A stretch of 64,000 nt of DNA from a candidate division FCPU426 bacterium (GTDB lineage Bacteria; Oederibacteriota; Muellerivitia; Muellerivitales; Muellerivitaceae), in contig CAWHOE010000006.1 in the NCBI GenBank assembly GCA_963830915.1, positions 192,001 through 256,000 on the forward strand, read 5' to 3'. The notes beneath the pieces are model-generated. The model was given only the letters and a program-made list of their open reading frames with translations. It ran no database searches and was not told where the DNA came from. Position 1 is the first letter of the stretch; each line of letters opens with the position of its first letter. Positions 1 through 9,984 of this stretch are shown piece by piece. A program made the translations under genes and the position numbers.

Positions 1-382
1 TTTTGCATTTCTCAACAACCTCAGCCAGTCTATCCATCCCGCCGATATTGCCCGGGTTGATGCGGATCTTATCCGCTCCCTCGTCCACCGCGCCCAGGGC
101 GATCTGGTAGGCGAAATGGATGTCGGCCACGAGAGGCACGGACATCTTGGCCTTGATCTGGCCCAGCGCCTTCAGGGATTTTTGGTTCTCGACGGTCACC
201 CGAACGATCTCGCAGCCCGCGTCCTCCAGGCGCTTGATCTGATCCAGGGTTTCCTGGACTTCGTAGGTATAGGTGTTGGTCATTGACTGGATGGAGATGG
301 GAGCCCCGCCCCCAACCTGGACCTTCCCCACCATGACGGGTCGGGTTTTTCGTCGTTCGATTTGGAAGAAGGGGTCAGACAT
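1..382 (-). CDS. ispG: HMBPP synthase IspG/GcpE, 5' part (runs off the window start)
   Basis: Not in the ORF track. Manual translation from ATG at 382: MSDPFFQIERRKTRPVMVGKVQVGGGAPISIQSMTNT...GCEIVRV...PLVADIHF...IRINPGNIG, which are IspG motifs. Confidence 0.95.
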   Translation of the reverse strand, partial: MSDPFFQIERRKTRPVMVGKVQVGGGAPISIQSMTNTYTYEVQETLDQIKRLEDAGCEIVRVTVENQKSLKALGQIKAKMSVPLVADIHFAYQIALGAVDEGADKIRINPGNIGGMDRLAEVVEKCK

Positions 383-552
383 CTTCACCTCAATAAATGT
401 TAATTATCTGAATGACGTCTTGTGCCATTCTCCAAAAATCTTTACAAAAAATTGGTACGGACATTTCTTGCTTCAAGAAGAGCAAACGCATCTTACCTGA
501 CACACGAAGCGGGATTCAAGCCAGGCGGGAAAAACCAACAAATTCAGGGTGA

Positions 553-3500
553 TTAACGGACGATGAGGACCTTCATGACTTTATGGGTCTGCTGGGATCC
601 AGTACCCCAATAGATAACGACATAGTAGATGCCGTTGGCGGGATTCAGTCCCGCTTTTTTCCAATCCAATCCGTAAGCGTGTTGACCCAGGGTCGTGTTG
701 AGATTTTCGTCTTTAAAGATCCGGCGGAAAGCAGTGGTATAGACCTTGACCGACACTTTGTCGAAAGGCTGGACATTCTCGTAAATGAAAGTCACAGGCT
801 CGATCCCATCACTGGGATTTGGATAAGGAACACTTAGATTTCCCGCGGCGGCGGTCGGTGTAGAGGTAAAGATAATCAATGGTGTATCGGTGGAAGTCAT
901 CGTGGCGGTCGGTGTGGAGGAAGGGGTCGCGGTCCAGGTGAAGGAAGGCGTGAATGTCCAGGTGGATGTTGGCGGCAGGGTCGGGGAGTTGGTCCCTGTG
1001 GAAGTATTGGTCCAAAGTGAGGTGTTCGTGGCCGTAGGACTGTTCGTTGGGGTGGAAGTGTTTAAAGGAACCGTAGGAGTATTGGTAGCGCTAGGGGTTG
1101 ACGTCGACGTATAAGTCCAGGTGGCTGTGGGTGTCTGGGAAGCTGTATTTGTGAATGTCTGGGACGGGGAATAGGTGGGCGTGTTCGTGTACCAGGTTCC
1201 TGTAGGGGTAGCGGTCAAGGTAGGCGTTAAGGAAGCCGTATCCGTGGTGGTCGAGGTCGAAGTCACGGTAGGAGAATTGGTTTCTGTAAAAGAGGGTGTG
1301 GTTGTAGGAGAAGCTGTAGGCGTCGAGGAATCGGTAGCGCTCATAGTGGGTGTGGATGTGGTTGAATTTGTCGGGGTCGAGGTAGGTGATTTGGTGGCCG
1401 TGTTGGTCCGGGTATTGGTGGCCGTAAAAGTCGAGGTTGGTGTCACACCTGATAAGGTGTAAAAAGCGATCTGATCCAATTCAACGTTGTAGTTATAGCC
1501 GTAACCCTGGGTATTAAACTCTATACCTGTTATATCCGTTCCCGTTTCGTTGGTTGGCAGGCCCGTTTGTGACCCCCATCCCTGGCGGGTCATGCTGGAA
1601 AACGGTATCTGGTAAAAAGTCCAAACACCCGAAGGAGGGGTGATCGTTAAGCCGTAATTGTCCCCATCGGTTACGGATTGACTGGCGACCATCATCCGGT
1701 AGGTATTTCCATCCCCGTAGACCCAGAATTCAAGGCCGATGATCCCAGCTCCACTCAGGTTGTAAGAAGCCCCACCCGGGCTCAGCCCACTTTCGTATCC
1801 GGAATAGGGATTGTTGGAGGCCGTTTTAGCCACGATCGTGCCCGTAATGCGAGCCGCGTAATTGGTACCGTTCGCGCCAGGCGACACGCCGTATTGAACA
1901 CTGATGGAACTGCCATTGGAGTCCACAAAAGTACTCCAAGTACCGCCCCAAAGATTGGTCCTAGCTGGCGGAGTGCCATCCCGGGTCAGGTCCTCAAAAT
2001 TATCGACTAAAGTAGCAGGCCCATAGTTGGGAGTAGCGGTGATCGTGGGTGTAAAGGTAATGGTAGGCGTAAAGGTGAATGTATTGGTCGGCTGACCTGA
2101 ATTGGTGAATTGCAGGACATTAATCGAGTATGGCTGGAAGGTCACAGGGAATGAACTGGAGACTCCGGTATAGGTGACCGTAGTAGGTGCCGTATCCGTC
2201 GACGCATGATAAGGGGTCGTTGTGGTTTCCCAAACATAATTGGCGCTGGTCAAGGTCCATCCGTTGGCGGTGGTATTGGGGGTAAATGGCAATCCAGTGA
2301 TCCATGTGACATAGGAATCGGCCGGGTGTTTATTGATGACGACCATGGAAAGGACCCCATCCGGTCGATAATCCGTATAAGCCGCGAATAAAGACGCCGG
2401 TGCGCTTGCTCCGCTGATGGTCGTTTTGATTAGTTGATGAGTATTGACGTCCCCCGTTATGGCCCAATCGCTGGTCATCATCTGCATCGCCCAGTAGGTC
2501 GCGCGAGGTTGATACTGGTAACCATCGTTGTTGACGTTCAAATAGCCTAAGTCGCCTCCGGTCACACTGGTTCCTCCGCTACCCCCATTCAATGTGTCCC
2601 AAAGGTTGCAATAACCCCGGCTTCCAAAGGCGTTGATGAAGTGGCCCAGGGCGTCCGCCACCCAAAGACCGTTACCCAATTGTACTTGGAAGTTCTCATC
2701 CCCTGGATCGACATTGAATTCGCTCATTAAGACAGGTACGGTCGTTGGGCTGGCCACTCCCGCGCTAGTCAGCCAACCGTTCAACTGGGCGGGGTACCCG
2801 TCCAGGCTGGCGGTGGAAGTCAATGCCGCCGCCGCCGTATAGTTCCCATAATTGGGATACCAATGGTAATCGATGGCATTCAGGTCGGCGATGGCGCTCT
2901 TGGATTGCAATATCCCGATGAAATCCTGAACATAACTTTTTCCGTCATACATGTTGGATGTATCCCCAAAACTACCCGCGACTGGGCCCGTGATGATGAT
3001 GGTCGGGTCCACGGCCTTCATGGCGGTGTAATACTCGATGTAGCGGCGCACATAATCCTGGGCGGGAAGAGGCCCTCCTGTTTCCCACGCTCCTTCGGTC
3101 TCGTTGCCGATCTGCCAGTACTTGATACCGTATCCCTTTACGGTATTGGCGTAATAGACCCAGCTGGCCGCCTCCTGCGCCGTCCCGGTGCCGAGGTTGA
3201 CCGTGATCATGGGGATGGCGTGCTGGCCAGGCGGACCGTTGGGATCGGTAAAAGCGTTCGCGTAGGTCATGAAGGACTCAAAATCCGTGCTTCCCGGAGG
3301 ATTGGTTGTATAGTTCTTGGAACTAGCCGGGTCAGTGCTCGAAACCTGCACTTGGGTCTGGCTGGTAGCGCTGCTCGTATTGTTCGAAACGACCGACGCC
3401 CCGTTCAAGACATAGACTTGTTCGATGGAATACGCCCCTCCCGCTCCCGCGGAACTGGCTGTCAAAAGCAGTTGAACATATTCAGCGGATACAGCGGTGA

Positions 3501-4161
3501 AATTGACGACTTGAGTCCCCCCGGTCCCGGTCACTGTTCCGGCGGACGTGGTGATCCATTTATTGGAGGAGTTGTCGCTCAAGGGCGGAGGCCAGCCTGT
3601 GGTGGGCCAATATTGGACTTGGAATGTTGTTGCATAAGGCGTGCCCCATATAATGGAAACCGAGGAAAACGCCGTTCCCGCGCCCAGGTCCAGGATCACC
3701 CATTGATGGTTTGGCAAATCCGTATCCACATTAGATAGCCAGGTGGTGGTTGTGCTCCCATCGGTGATGTGGGATGCCGTACCATAACTTGAGGATGTGC
3801 CTCGATAAGTCTCGTTATCCGCGAATCCGGCCGTATAGGTGGTCCCGCTGGGGACCCAGTAATTGTTGGCGTCAAAACTTCCCGTACCATTCCAATGGAA
3901 ATCGTCTGAAGAAGATCCCCCTGGGAAACGGATGAAATAATTCCCCGCCGCTTGGACCTTGGATTGGACTGCCTGGTTGGCTGTATTGCTGATCCAATAG
4001 GCGGCATTGTTACCGAAGAGGCTGACCGGAATGAAGGAATTCACGGTGACACCAGCGTTAACTGTAATGGTGGCTGGCAGGGTTTGTGCATTCGCCAGTC
4101 CCGAAGCCATCAAACCGAGAAGGACAATCCCCAGCAGGTTCAATATTTTTTTATGACTCAT
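553..4161 (-). CDS. Secreted multidomain clan GH-A glycoside hydrolase (GH44/GH51/GH79-like barrel) with inserted F5/8C (CBM32-like) domain, CBM11/CIA30-like domain, Thr/Pro linker and T9SS-like C-terminal domain
   Basis: Signal peptide (ANA|Q); IRFPGGS..DDFHW; WQIGNETEG (acid/base); VLMSEFN (nucleophile); discoidin-like WVILDLG...YATTFQVQY; long T/P tract; C-terminal VPYPNP...NGIYY...KVLIVR. Confidence 0.8.
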   Translation of the reverse strand: MSHKKILNLLGIVLLGLMASGLANAQTLPATITVNAGVTVNSFIPVSLFGNNAAYWISNTANQAVQSKVQAAGNYFIRFPGGSSSDDFHWNGTGSFDANNYWVPSGTTYTAGFADNETYRGTSSSYGTASHITDGSTTTTWLSNVDTDLPNHQWVILDLGAGTAFSSVSIIWGTPYATTFQVQYWPTTGWPPPLSDNSSNKWITTSAGTVTGTGGTQVVNFTAVSAEYVQLLLTASSAGAGGAYSIEQVYVLNGASVVSNNTSSATSQTQVQVSSTDPASSKNYTTNPPGSTDFESFMTYANAFTDPNGPPGQHAIPMITVNLGTGTAQEAASWVYYANTVKGYGIKYWQIGNETEGAWETGGPLPAQDYVRRYIEYYTAMKAVDPTIIITGPVAGSFGDTSNMYDGKSYVQDFIGILQSKSAIADLNAIDYHWYPNYGNYTAAAALTSTASLDGYPAQLNGWLTSAGVASPTTVPVLMSEFNVDPGDENFQVQLGNGLWVADALGHFINAFGSRGYCNLWDTLNGGSGGTSVTGGDLGYLNVNNDGYQYQPRATYWAMQMMTSDWAITGDVNTHQLIKTTISGASAPASLFAAYTDYRPDGVLSMVVINKHPADSYVTWITGLPFTPNTTANGWTLTSANYVWETTTTPYHASTDTAPTTVTYTGVSSSFPVTFQPYSINVLQFTNSGQPTNTFTFTPTITFTPTITATPNYGPATLVDNFEDLTRDGTPPARTNLWGGTWSTFVDSNGSSISVQYGVSPGANGTNYAARITGTIVAKTASNNPYSGYESGLSPGGASYNLSGAGIIGLEFWVYGDGNTYRMMVASQSVTDGDNYGLTITPPSGVWTFYQIPFSSMTRQGWGSQTGLPTNETGTDITGIEFNTQGYGYNYNVELDQIAFYTLSGVTPTSTFTATNTRTNTATKSPTSTPTNSTTSTPTMSATDSSTPTASPTTTPSFTETNSPTVTSTSTTTDTASLTPTLTATPTGTWYTNTPTYSPSQTFTNTASQTPTATWTYTSTSTPSATNTPTVPLNTSTPTNSPTATNTSLWTNTSTGTNSPTLPPTSTWTFTPSFTWTATPSSTPTATMTSTDTPLIIFTSTPTAAAGNLSVPYPNPSDGIEPVTFIYENVQPFDKVSVKVYTTAFRRIFKDENLNTTLGQHAYGLDWKKAGLNPANGIYYVVIYWGTGSQQTHKVMKVLIVR

Positions 4162-4184
4162 GGTTTTTAAGACCAGTCCCCTTT

Positions 4185-4216
4185 AAAAAAAGAAAAGCCG
4201 AAGATGATTCGGCTTT
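4185..4216 (-). terminator. Intrinsic-terminator-like hairpin with U tract, just upstream of the RBS of 553..4161
   Basis: Minus strand AAAGCCGAA-TCATC-TTCGGCTTT then TCTTTTTTT. Confidence 0.65.
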
Positions 4217-4382
4217 CAAAAGCGGTTGAATTGAATTATATCGCTAATTAGACGATGAAACCCTTTGGGAGTGTCAAAATATTTTTCTTTTTCTGCTCTT
4301 CGTTACGGACCGATCTTCGCCTGGTTTTTAGGTGATTATGACTTTAATTAAAGGAATAATCAGCGGGACAATCTCAAAAACA

Positions 4383-6683
4383 TCAGCGGAGGATCAATAC
4401 CTTCATCAACTTCTGGCTAGGTTGTCCACCAACATTGGAGCTGATCGCAAAATAATATAGGCCATTGGCCAAATTAAGGTTCGCTTGTCCCATACCCTGG
4501 AGGGAATAGGATTGTGGACCCTGGGCAGTCGGAAGTGAGTCGTCCTCATAAAGTTTTCGGAAGGCCAGGGAAAATATCTTCAACTGGACCTGATCATATT
4601 GTTGGTCATTCTGATAATAGAACTTGATGGTCGAGCCTGGGCTTTTGGGATCGGGCCATGGATTGGGATAAGGCACTAAAAGATTGAACGGTGTCGATGT
4701 GGGGGTGGGTGTATTAGTGACCGTAAAAGTTGATGTCGGGGTAAAGGTCTGGGTCACGGTGAAAGTCGAGGTAGGAGTCGCGGTAAAGGTTGGGGTACAG
4801 GTATTGCCACCAACTAAACAAGGTGTATCGGTCATGGTTGGTGTGAAAGTGGACGTGGGAGTATAGGTATAAATAGCCCCAGCGGCCGTGTAAAACATGA
4901 CCTCATCAACCTGGTAACTGTAAGCTCCCACGGCCTCCGCGTCAAATTGGATACCTTTCACATGGGCCAAGTTGAAAGGGGCCGCCGCCCCAAAACCTTG
5001 TTGGGTCATGCTCGAGAAGGCAATCTGGTATAAGGTCCAAACTCCCGCCGGGGGGGTGACGTTATATCCCCACCAATCATAATTGGTGACATCGGTCGTA
5101 TTGATATCAATGCGATAAGTATTCCCATCCCCGAGGATCCAAAAACCGATCCCCACAAAACCCGAGGCGTTGAACAGTGACATTGGGTTATACAAATTCG
5201 CCTGTTCCTGAGCCCAACCACCTGAAGCCAGCGTACCTGTGGCTCTCATGGAATAGTTCGTCCCGTTGGCTCCTCCAGCGTAATTGTAATTGGCTTGCTC
5301 AGTGGAACCGTTGCCGATGTTGGTTTGCCAAGTGCCCGTAAAAGGCGGGTTCAGTTGGGTTCCGGTAATTTCAAAATTATCGATCATTTGAGTAATTACA
5401 GTAGGCGTGACCGTAGGGCTATTGGTAGGAGAATAAGTCGGTGTGGGCGTATTGGTGCTGGTAGGTGTGCAAGTATTGCCATTTACCATGCAGGGTGTAT
5501 CCGTTGAGGTGGGCGTATAAGTCGGCAGATTGCAAACAGGAACAGCGTTTGAAAGCCAACTTTTAACTGTAACTCCTTCCCATGCGCTAGGAGTATAAGC
5601 CCAATCCGTGATCAAAATAGGGGAAGAGCCAGTGTTCATATCCCAGGCCGTCCCTGAAATGCCCAAAGAGTCCATCCAACTTAGAACCGTTCCCATCCAC
5701 GCTCCATTCACGTCAGGATCAGGGGTAAACCCAGTAATTGTAGCGCTTGCGGCAGTGGTTCCTCCTTCCCCGAACTCACCGACAAAAATGGGGTACTGAC
5801 CTGCTACAGCGATGTAAGTGTTCCCATCGGTTGGGGTCCAATAGGCCCCGGTCCCTTTCCAGGGATAGATATGCGTTGCGTAGATGATCCCATTCCCGGT
5901 TGACGTTTCCGTCAATGCGCAGGGAACACTGCCACAAGAATTGTTGACGATTCCGGTAAGGTCATAAGCCCAGTTCAAACCGCCAGCAACAACGACATTA
6001 TTGGCTCCCGTGTTTCGAATGGTGTTCAAAAGAGCCTGCAACCCAGGCGTATGGAAACCCGATCCGCTGGTCCCGCCATTGCGCCAGGTGAGCCAAGGGT
6101 CGTCATGAGGTTCGTTGTACAGGTCAAAAAGAACGGCTGGGTTATTAGCGTAACGAGCTGCGACGGACGACCAGAAGGTCACACTATTGTCGTCCGGCAT
6201 GTTTAATTGATGGCCGCTATTGAGTGTGTGATCATTTCCCCAGCCAGCTCCGCAGGGATCGGTTGATCCTGTTTGATTCCCTGACCAATGAAGATCCAGA
6301 AGCACATAAGCATTGTTGGACAAACAGAAATTGACAATACCATCAACTAAAGCCTGATAGTTGGACATATCACTACCGCACCCGAACCAATAGTCCTGGC
6401 TCAAGGGCAAGCGGATAACATTCGCGTTCCAGGCCGTGACAGCCTCGGCAACAGTATTCAATATAACATTGTCTCCAGTGGAATTGTATTCCAAGCTGTC
6501 CACATCCACACCCTTCAAGCGGACCGTGCATCCAGAGTTTGCTGACAAAATTTTTCCGCCGTTGACAGCATCCACTCGAGTGATGAGTTGGGCTGAGGTC
6601 GCCATGGCGACGGAATTTCCGAGGGTGAGGAGGAATAGCCCGGTCAGGGCCGTACCCAACCACATGTTGAACGAACGCTTCAC
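4383..6683 (-). CDS. Secreted GH5 cellulase/endoglucanase with CBM11/CIA30-like domain, Thr/Pro linkers and T9SS-like C-terminal domain
   Basis: NVIRLPL, VLLDLHW, FDLYNEPH, HIYP, VGEFG motifs; C-terminal VPYPNP...ANGLYY...KVLILR. GTG start at 6683 has a GGAGAG RBS (ORF track starts at 6716). Confidence 0.9.
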   Translation of the reverse strand: MKRSFNMWLGTALTGLFLLTLGNSVAMATSAQLITRVDAVNGGKILSANSGCTVRLKGVDVDSLEYNSTGDNVILNTVAEAVTAWNANVIRLPLSQDYWFGCGSDMSNYQALVDGIVNFCLSNNAYVLLDLHWSGNQTGSTDPCGAGWGNDHTLNSGHQLNMPDDNSVTFWSSVAARYANNPAVLFDLYNEPHDDPWLTWRNGGTSGSGFHTPGLQALLNTIRNTGANNVVVAGGLNWAYDLTGIVNNSCGSVPCALTETSTGNGIIYATHIYPWKGTGAYWTPTDGNTYIAVAGQYPIFVGEFGEGGTTAASATITGFTPDPDVNGAWMGTVLSWMDSLGISGTAWDMNTGSSPILITDWAYTPSAWEGVTVKSWLSNAVPVCNLPTYTPTSTDTPCMVNGNTCTPTSTNTPTPTYSPTNSPTVTPTVITQMIDNFEITGTQLNPPFTGTWQTNIGNGSTEQANYNYAGGANGTNYSMRATGTLASGGWAQEQANLYNPMSLFNASGFVGIGFWILGDGNTYRIDINTTDVTNYDWWGYNVTPPAGVWTLYQIAFSSMTQQGFGAAAPFNLAHVKGIQFDAEAVGAYSYQVDEVMFYTAAGAIYTYTPTSTFTPTMTDTPCLVGGNTCTPTFTATPTSTFTVTQTFTPTSTFTVTNTPTPTSTPFNLLVPYPNPWPDPKSPGSTIKFYYQNDQQYDQVQLKIFSLAFRKLYEDDSLPTAQGPQSYSLQGMGQANLNLANGLYYFAISSNVGGQPSQKLMKVLILR

Positions 6684-6823
6684 ATTTCTCTCCGATGAAT
6701 GGTGGTTCAAAGACAACCGCTCGACGAAAAAGGTTTTGAAATAATATGCAGAATGAGTGCCATATCAAACCATAAAAAACCTTACAGGCCAACGTTAAAT
6801 CAATTCAGTCCTACAAAAAAGCA

Positions 6824-6903
6824 GGAAGCGCTTTCGTGTTTTTTTTGACGTTTATTGAAAATTATTCACATCTTTAACGGTCAAAAAGCAAAAAGCGCTT
6901 TCA
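6824..6903. promoter_or_regulatory. Two LacI-type operator candidates in the divergent GH5/GT9 intergenic region
   Basis: GGAAGCGCTTTC at 6824-6835 and AAAAGCGCTTTCA at 6891-6903; both are palindromes with a central CG. Confidence 0.6.
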
Positions 6904-6927
6904 CCCTTCCTGATTTATACTGCTCCC

Positions 6928-7827
6928 ATGGAACCATCAAGAGGAACACTGGTCCTGACCGCGGGAAGTCTGGGGGACAGCCTGATGACCCTGCCAGCCC
7001 TTCACTTCCTCCAAACCAAAGCGCCCGTGACGATCGCGGGAACCTTTGCGTATCAAGCCCTGGGAAATGAAATACTGGGAGTGGACCAAGTGGTGGCCTT
7101 GGAACCTCTTCTTCAATCCCTCCTCACGCCCGGCAATTGGGAACCCTCCGTCAGGGATTTCCTGAACGGTTTCTCTGACGTTTATTTGTTCTTCAAGGAT
7201 AGGGACAGTTCGCTAGAACAAAAACTATCGGCCCTTTCTCAAGTACGACTTCATTACCCTGCCCAATCTTTCTCTGATTTTTTACAGGAAGCTCGATGGG
7301 CCGGCGAATACTGGCTTCAGACCGTCATCCCCAATCCCCTTCCTGACGATCCTCTTTTGAGACAGGCCCGCCTCAAGATAAGTCCGGAGTTATCCTCAAA
7401 AGGTCTGGACCTATTGAAAAACCTGGGGTTTACAAAACCTCTGGTCATCCATCCCGGGAGCGGTAGCCCAAAAAAGAATGCGCCCCTTTCTTTTTTCCGG
7501 GACGCCGCCCAAAGGGCTGTCACTGAATCGAACAAACAAGTATTGGTCACCTGGGGCGAGGTCGAAGAAAGGGATTTGGAAAATATCCGACAGGCATTTA
7601 GCGGTCTTCAGGGCGTGAAAGTTCTGGATAAATCATTGGATCTGAGGACTTTAGCAGGGGTGCTATCGGTCTCGGCCGCCTATTTGGGTAATGACAGCGG
7701 CGTGACCCAGTTGGCCTCCGCGTGCGGATTGAATACCTTCGCGGTATTCCAGGGAACGGACTCCCGAATTTGGGGGCCCCTGGCGAACACCTTGATCTAT
7801 CACTGGGTCAACGAGAACTTAGCGTAG
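6928..7827 (+). CDS. Glycosyltransferase family 9 (LPS heptosyltransferase-like)
   Basis: GSLGDSLM, IHPGSGSPKK, YLGNDSGVTQLA motifs. Confidence 0.85.
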   Translation: MEPSRGTLVLTAGSLGDSLMTLPALHFLQTKAPVTIAGTFAYQALGNEILGVDQVVALEPLLQSLLTPGNWEPSVRDFLNGFSDVYLFFKDRDSSLEQKLSALSQVRLHYPAQSFSDFLQEARWAGEYWLQTVIPNPLPDDPLLRQARLKISPELSSKGLDLLKNLGFTKPLVIHPGSGSPKKNAPLSFFRDAAQRAVTESNKQVLVTWGEVEERDLENIRQAFSGLQGVKVLDKSLDLRTLAGVLSVSAAYLGNDSGVTQLASACGLNTFAVFQGTDSRIWGPLANTLIYHWVNENLA

Positions 7828-7843
7828 GGAATACCCCCTCCGA

Positions 7844-8752
7844 TCATTTCCCGGAGGATTTTGCCTTCCCTTTTTTCTTACCCTTCAGGGCTTCCACCAG
7901 AGCGTTGCCGATCCCGCCGGGACTTTGGGCCACCGTGATGCCCGCCGCTTCCAGCGCCGCTATCTTTTCTTTCGCCGTTCCCTTGCCGCCGGAAACGATG
8001 GCGCCCGCGTGGCCCATGCGTTTACCCGGAGGCGCGGTCATACCCGCGATGAACGCCGCGACTGGCTTCTTCATTTCTTTCTTAACAAATTGGGCCGCTT
8101 CCTCTTCCGCCGTCCCGCCGATCTCTCCGATCATGATGACCGCCTGGGTGGCCTTGTCCTTGTTGAACGCTTCCAAAGCGTCCAGATGGGTCGTCCCGAC
8201 GATCGGGTCGCCCCCGATGCCGATACAGGTCGACTGGCCCAGACCCAGTTGGGTCACCTGCCATACCGCCTCATAGGTGAGGGTTCCGGACCTGGAAACG
8301 ATGCCGATCTTGCCTGGTTTGTGGATATAACCCGGCATGATGCCCACCTTGGCATCCCCGGGCGTGATGATACCGGGGCAATTGGGGCCGATGAGCCGGG
8401 TCTGGGGATATTGTTTGAGAAGTTTCATCGTCCGGGACATATCATTGGCCGGAATGCCCTCGGTGATACAAACGATCAGTTGGATCCCGGCGGCGGCGGC
8501 CTCCAGGATGGCGTCGGCCGCGAATAACGCCGGCACGAAGATCATGGTGGTATTGGCCCCGGTCTTCTTGACCGCATCGGCGACCGTGTCGAACACCTTG
8601 AATCCCTCGACTTCCGAACCGCCTTTGCCCGGCGTGACCCCGCCTACCAGCTTGGTCCCATATTCCCGGCAGGCTTTGGAATGGAATAACCCGGCCGAGC
8701 CGGTGATCCCCTGGCAAATGACCTTGGCTTCTTTATCTAAATAGATGCTCAT
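7844..8752 (-). CDS. sucD: Succinyl-CoA synthetase alpha subunit
   Basis: True start MSIYLDK at 8752, overlapping the sucC stop (ATGA); [27 protein letters not shown]. Confidence 0.97.
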   Translation of the reverse strand: MSIYLDKEAKVICQGITGSAGLFHSKACREYGTKLVGGVTPGKGGSEVEGFKVFDTVADAVKKTGANTTMIFVPALFAADAILEAAAAGIQLIVCITEGIPANDMSRTMKLLKQYPQTRLIGPNCPGIITPGDAKVGIMPGYIHKPGKIGIVSRSGTLTYEAVWQVTQLGLGQSTCIGIGGDPIVGTTHLDALEAFNKDKATQAVIMIGEIGGTAEEEAAQFVKKEMKKPVAAFIAGMTAPPGKRMGHAGAIVSGGKGTAKEKIAALEAAGITVAQSPGGIGNALVEALKGKKKGKAKSSGK

Positions 8753-9921
8753 AGGATTGTCCCTCCCGCCGCTTTGACCACCGTTTGGGCGGCCTCGTCC
8801 ATGCTGGACGCGAACGCGTACTTCAGTTCGGATTGAGCCAGCAGTTCTTTGCCCTTTTCCACGTTGGTCCCTTCCAGGCGGATGACCAGGGGAAGCTTCA
8901 ATCCCACTTCCATGGCCGCGTCCATGATGCCCTGGGCGATCACATCGCATTTCATGATGCCGCCGAAGATATTGACCAAAATGGCCTTCACCCGGCTGTC
9001 CGAAAGGATGATCTTGAAGGCCGCCGTGACCGCCTTGGTAGAGGCTCCCCCGCCCACATCCAGGAAATTGGCCGGCATCCCGCCGAAATGCTGGATGGCG
9101 TCGGCGGTGGCCATGGCCAACCCTGCTCCGTTGACCAAACATCCGATGTTGCCGTCCAGGGAGATATAGGAAAGTCCGAACTCAGCGGCTTCCAGCTCGC
9201 GGGCGTCTTCCTCGTCCGGGTCACGCCAGGAGGCATATTCCTTGTGCCGGGCCAAACCGTTGTCCTCGAAAGAAACTTTCGCGTCCAGGCAGTGGATGTC
9301 CCCATTCTTCAGGACCACCAAAGGGTTCACTTCGATCAAGGAAAGGTCCAGGTCCATGAACATCCGGTACATGTCCTGGAATATCTTGGCGCCCTGATTG
9401 ACCTTCTCCTTGGGCAATCCCAAGTCCAGGTGCAATTGACGGGCCTGGTAGGCTTGCAACCCTTCCACTGGATCGATGATGACTTTCAGGATGGCCTGGG
9501 GTTTGGTGACGGCCAATTCCTCTATCTCGGTGCCGCCTTCAGCCGACGCCAGCAGGACTGGACAACGGGAACCCCGGTCCAGGACCACGCTGACATAAAG
9601 TTCTTTCTCGAAATCGATGGCGGGGGTAATGAAGATCTTCTTGACCAAACGGCCCTGGGGGCCGGTCTGGGGTGAGATAAGGGTCATGCCCAGGATATCG
9701 CTGGCTTTTTGGTGCAGTTCCGTCTCGGTCTTGGCCAGCTTGACGCCGCCCGCCTTGCCCCGTCCGCCCGCGTGGATCTGGGCCTTGACCACCCAGGGGC
9801 CGCCTGGGAATTTAAGGATGGCTTCCTCGATTTCGGACAGATGCTTGACCACCACGCCCGGCGTGACCGGCAATCCGTACTTGGCGAACAGTTCCTTCGC
9901 TTGATATTCGTGTAGTTTCAA
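8749..9921 (-). CDS. sucC: Succinyl-CoA synthetase beta subunit
   Basis: [44 protein letters not shown]. Confidence 0.97.
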   Translation of the reverse strand: MKLHEYQAKELFAKYGLPVTPGVVVKHLSEIEEAILKFPGGPWVVKAQIHAGGRGKAGGVKLAKTETELHQKASDILGMTLISPQTGPQGRLVKKIFITPAIDFEKELYVSVVLDRGSRCPVLLASAEGGTEIEELAVTKPQAILKVIIDPVEGLQAYQARQLHLDLGLPKEKVNQGAKIFQDMYRMFMDLDLSLIEVNPLVVLKNGDIHCLDAKVSFEDNGLARHKEYASWRDPDEEDARELEAAEFGLSYISLDGNIGCLVNGAGLAMATADAIQHFGGMPANFLDVGGGASTKAVTAAFKIILSDSRVKAILVNIFGGIMKCDVIAQGIMDAAMEVGLKLPLVIRLEGTNVEKGKELLAQSELKYAFASSMDEAAQTVVKAAGGTIL

Positions 9922-9984
9922 AGAAGCCTCCCCTTAATATTGAAACTTTCCAAGGACCGTCCCGCCCGACCTAGCGCGGGACCA

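Noticed and set aside
415..430. sigma54 promoter upstream of ispG
   Set aside because: Minus-strand TGGCAC lacks the -12 GC at the required spacing.
890..1462. Val/Gly-rich plus-strand ORFs
   Set aside because: Antisense shadows of Thr/Pro linkers; the same applies at 4684-4866 and 28640-29020.
8753..9142. 130-aa N-terminal extension of SucD in the ORF track
   Set aside because: It overlaps sucC in another frame; homology begins at MSIYL (8752).
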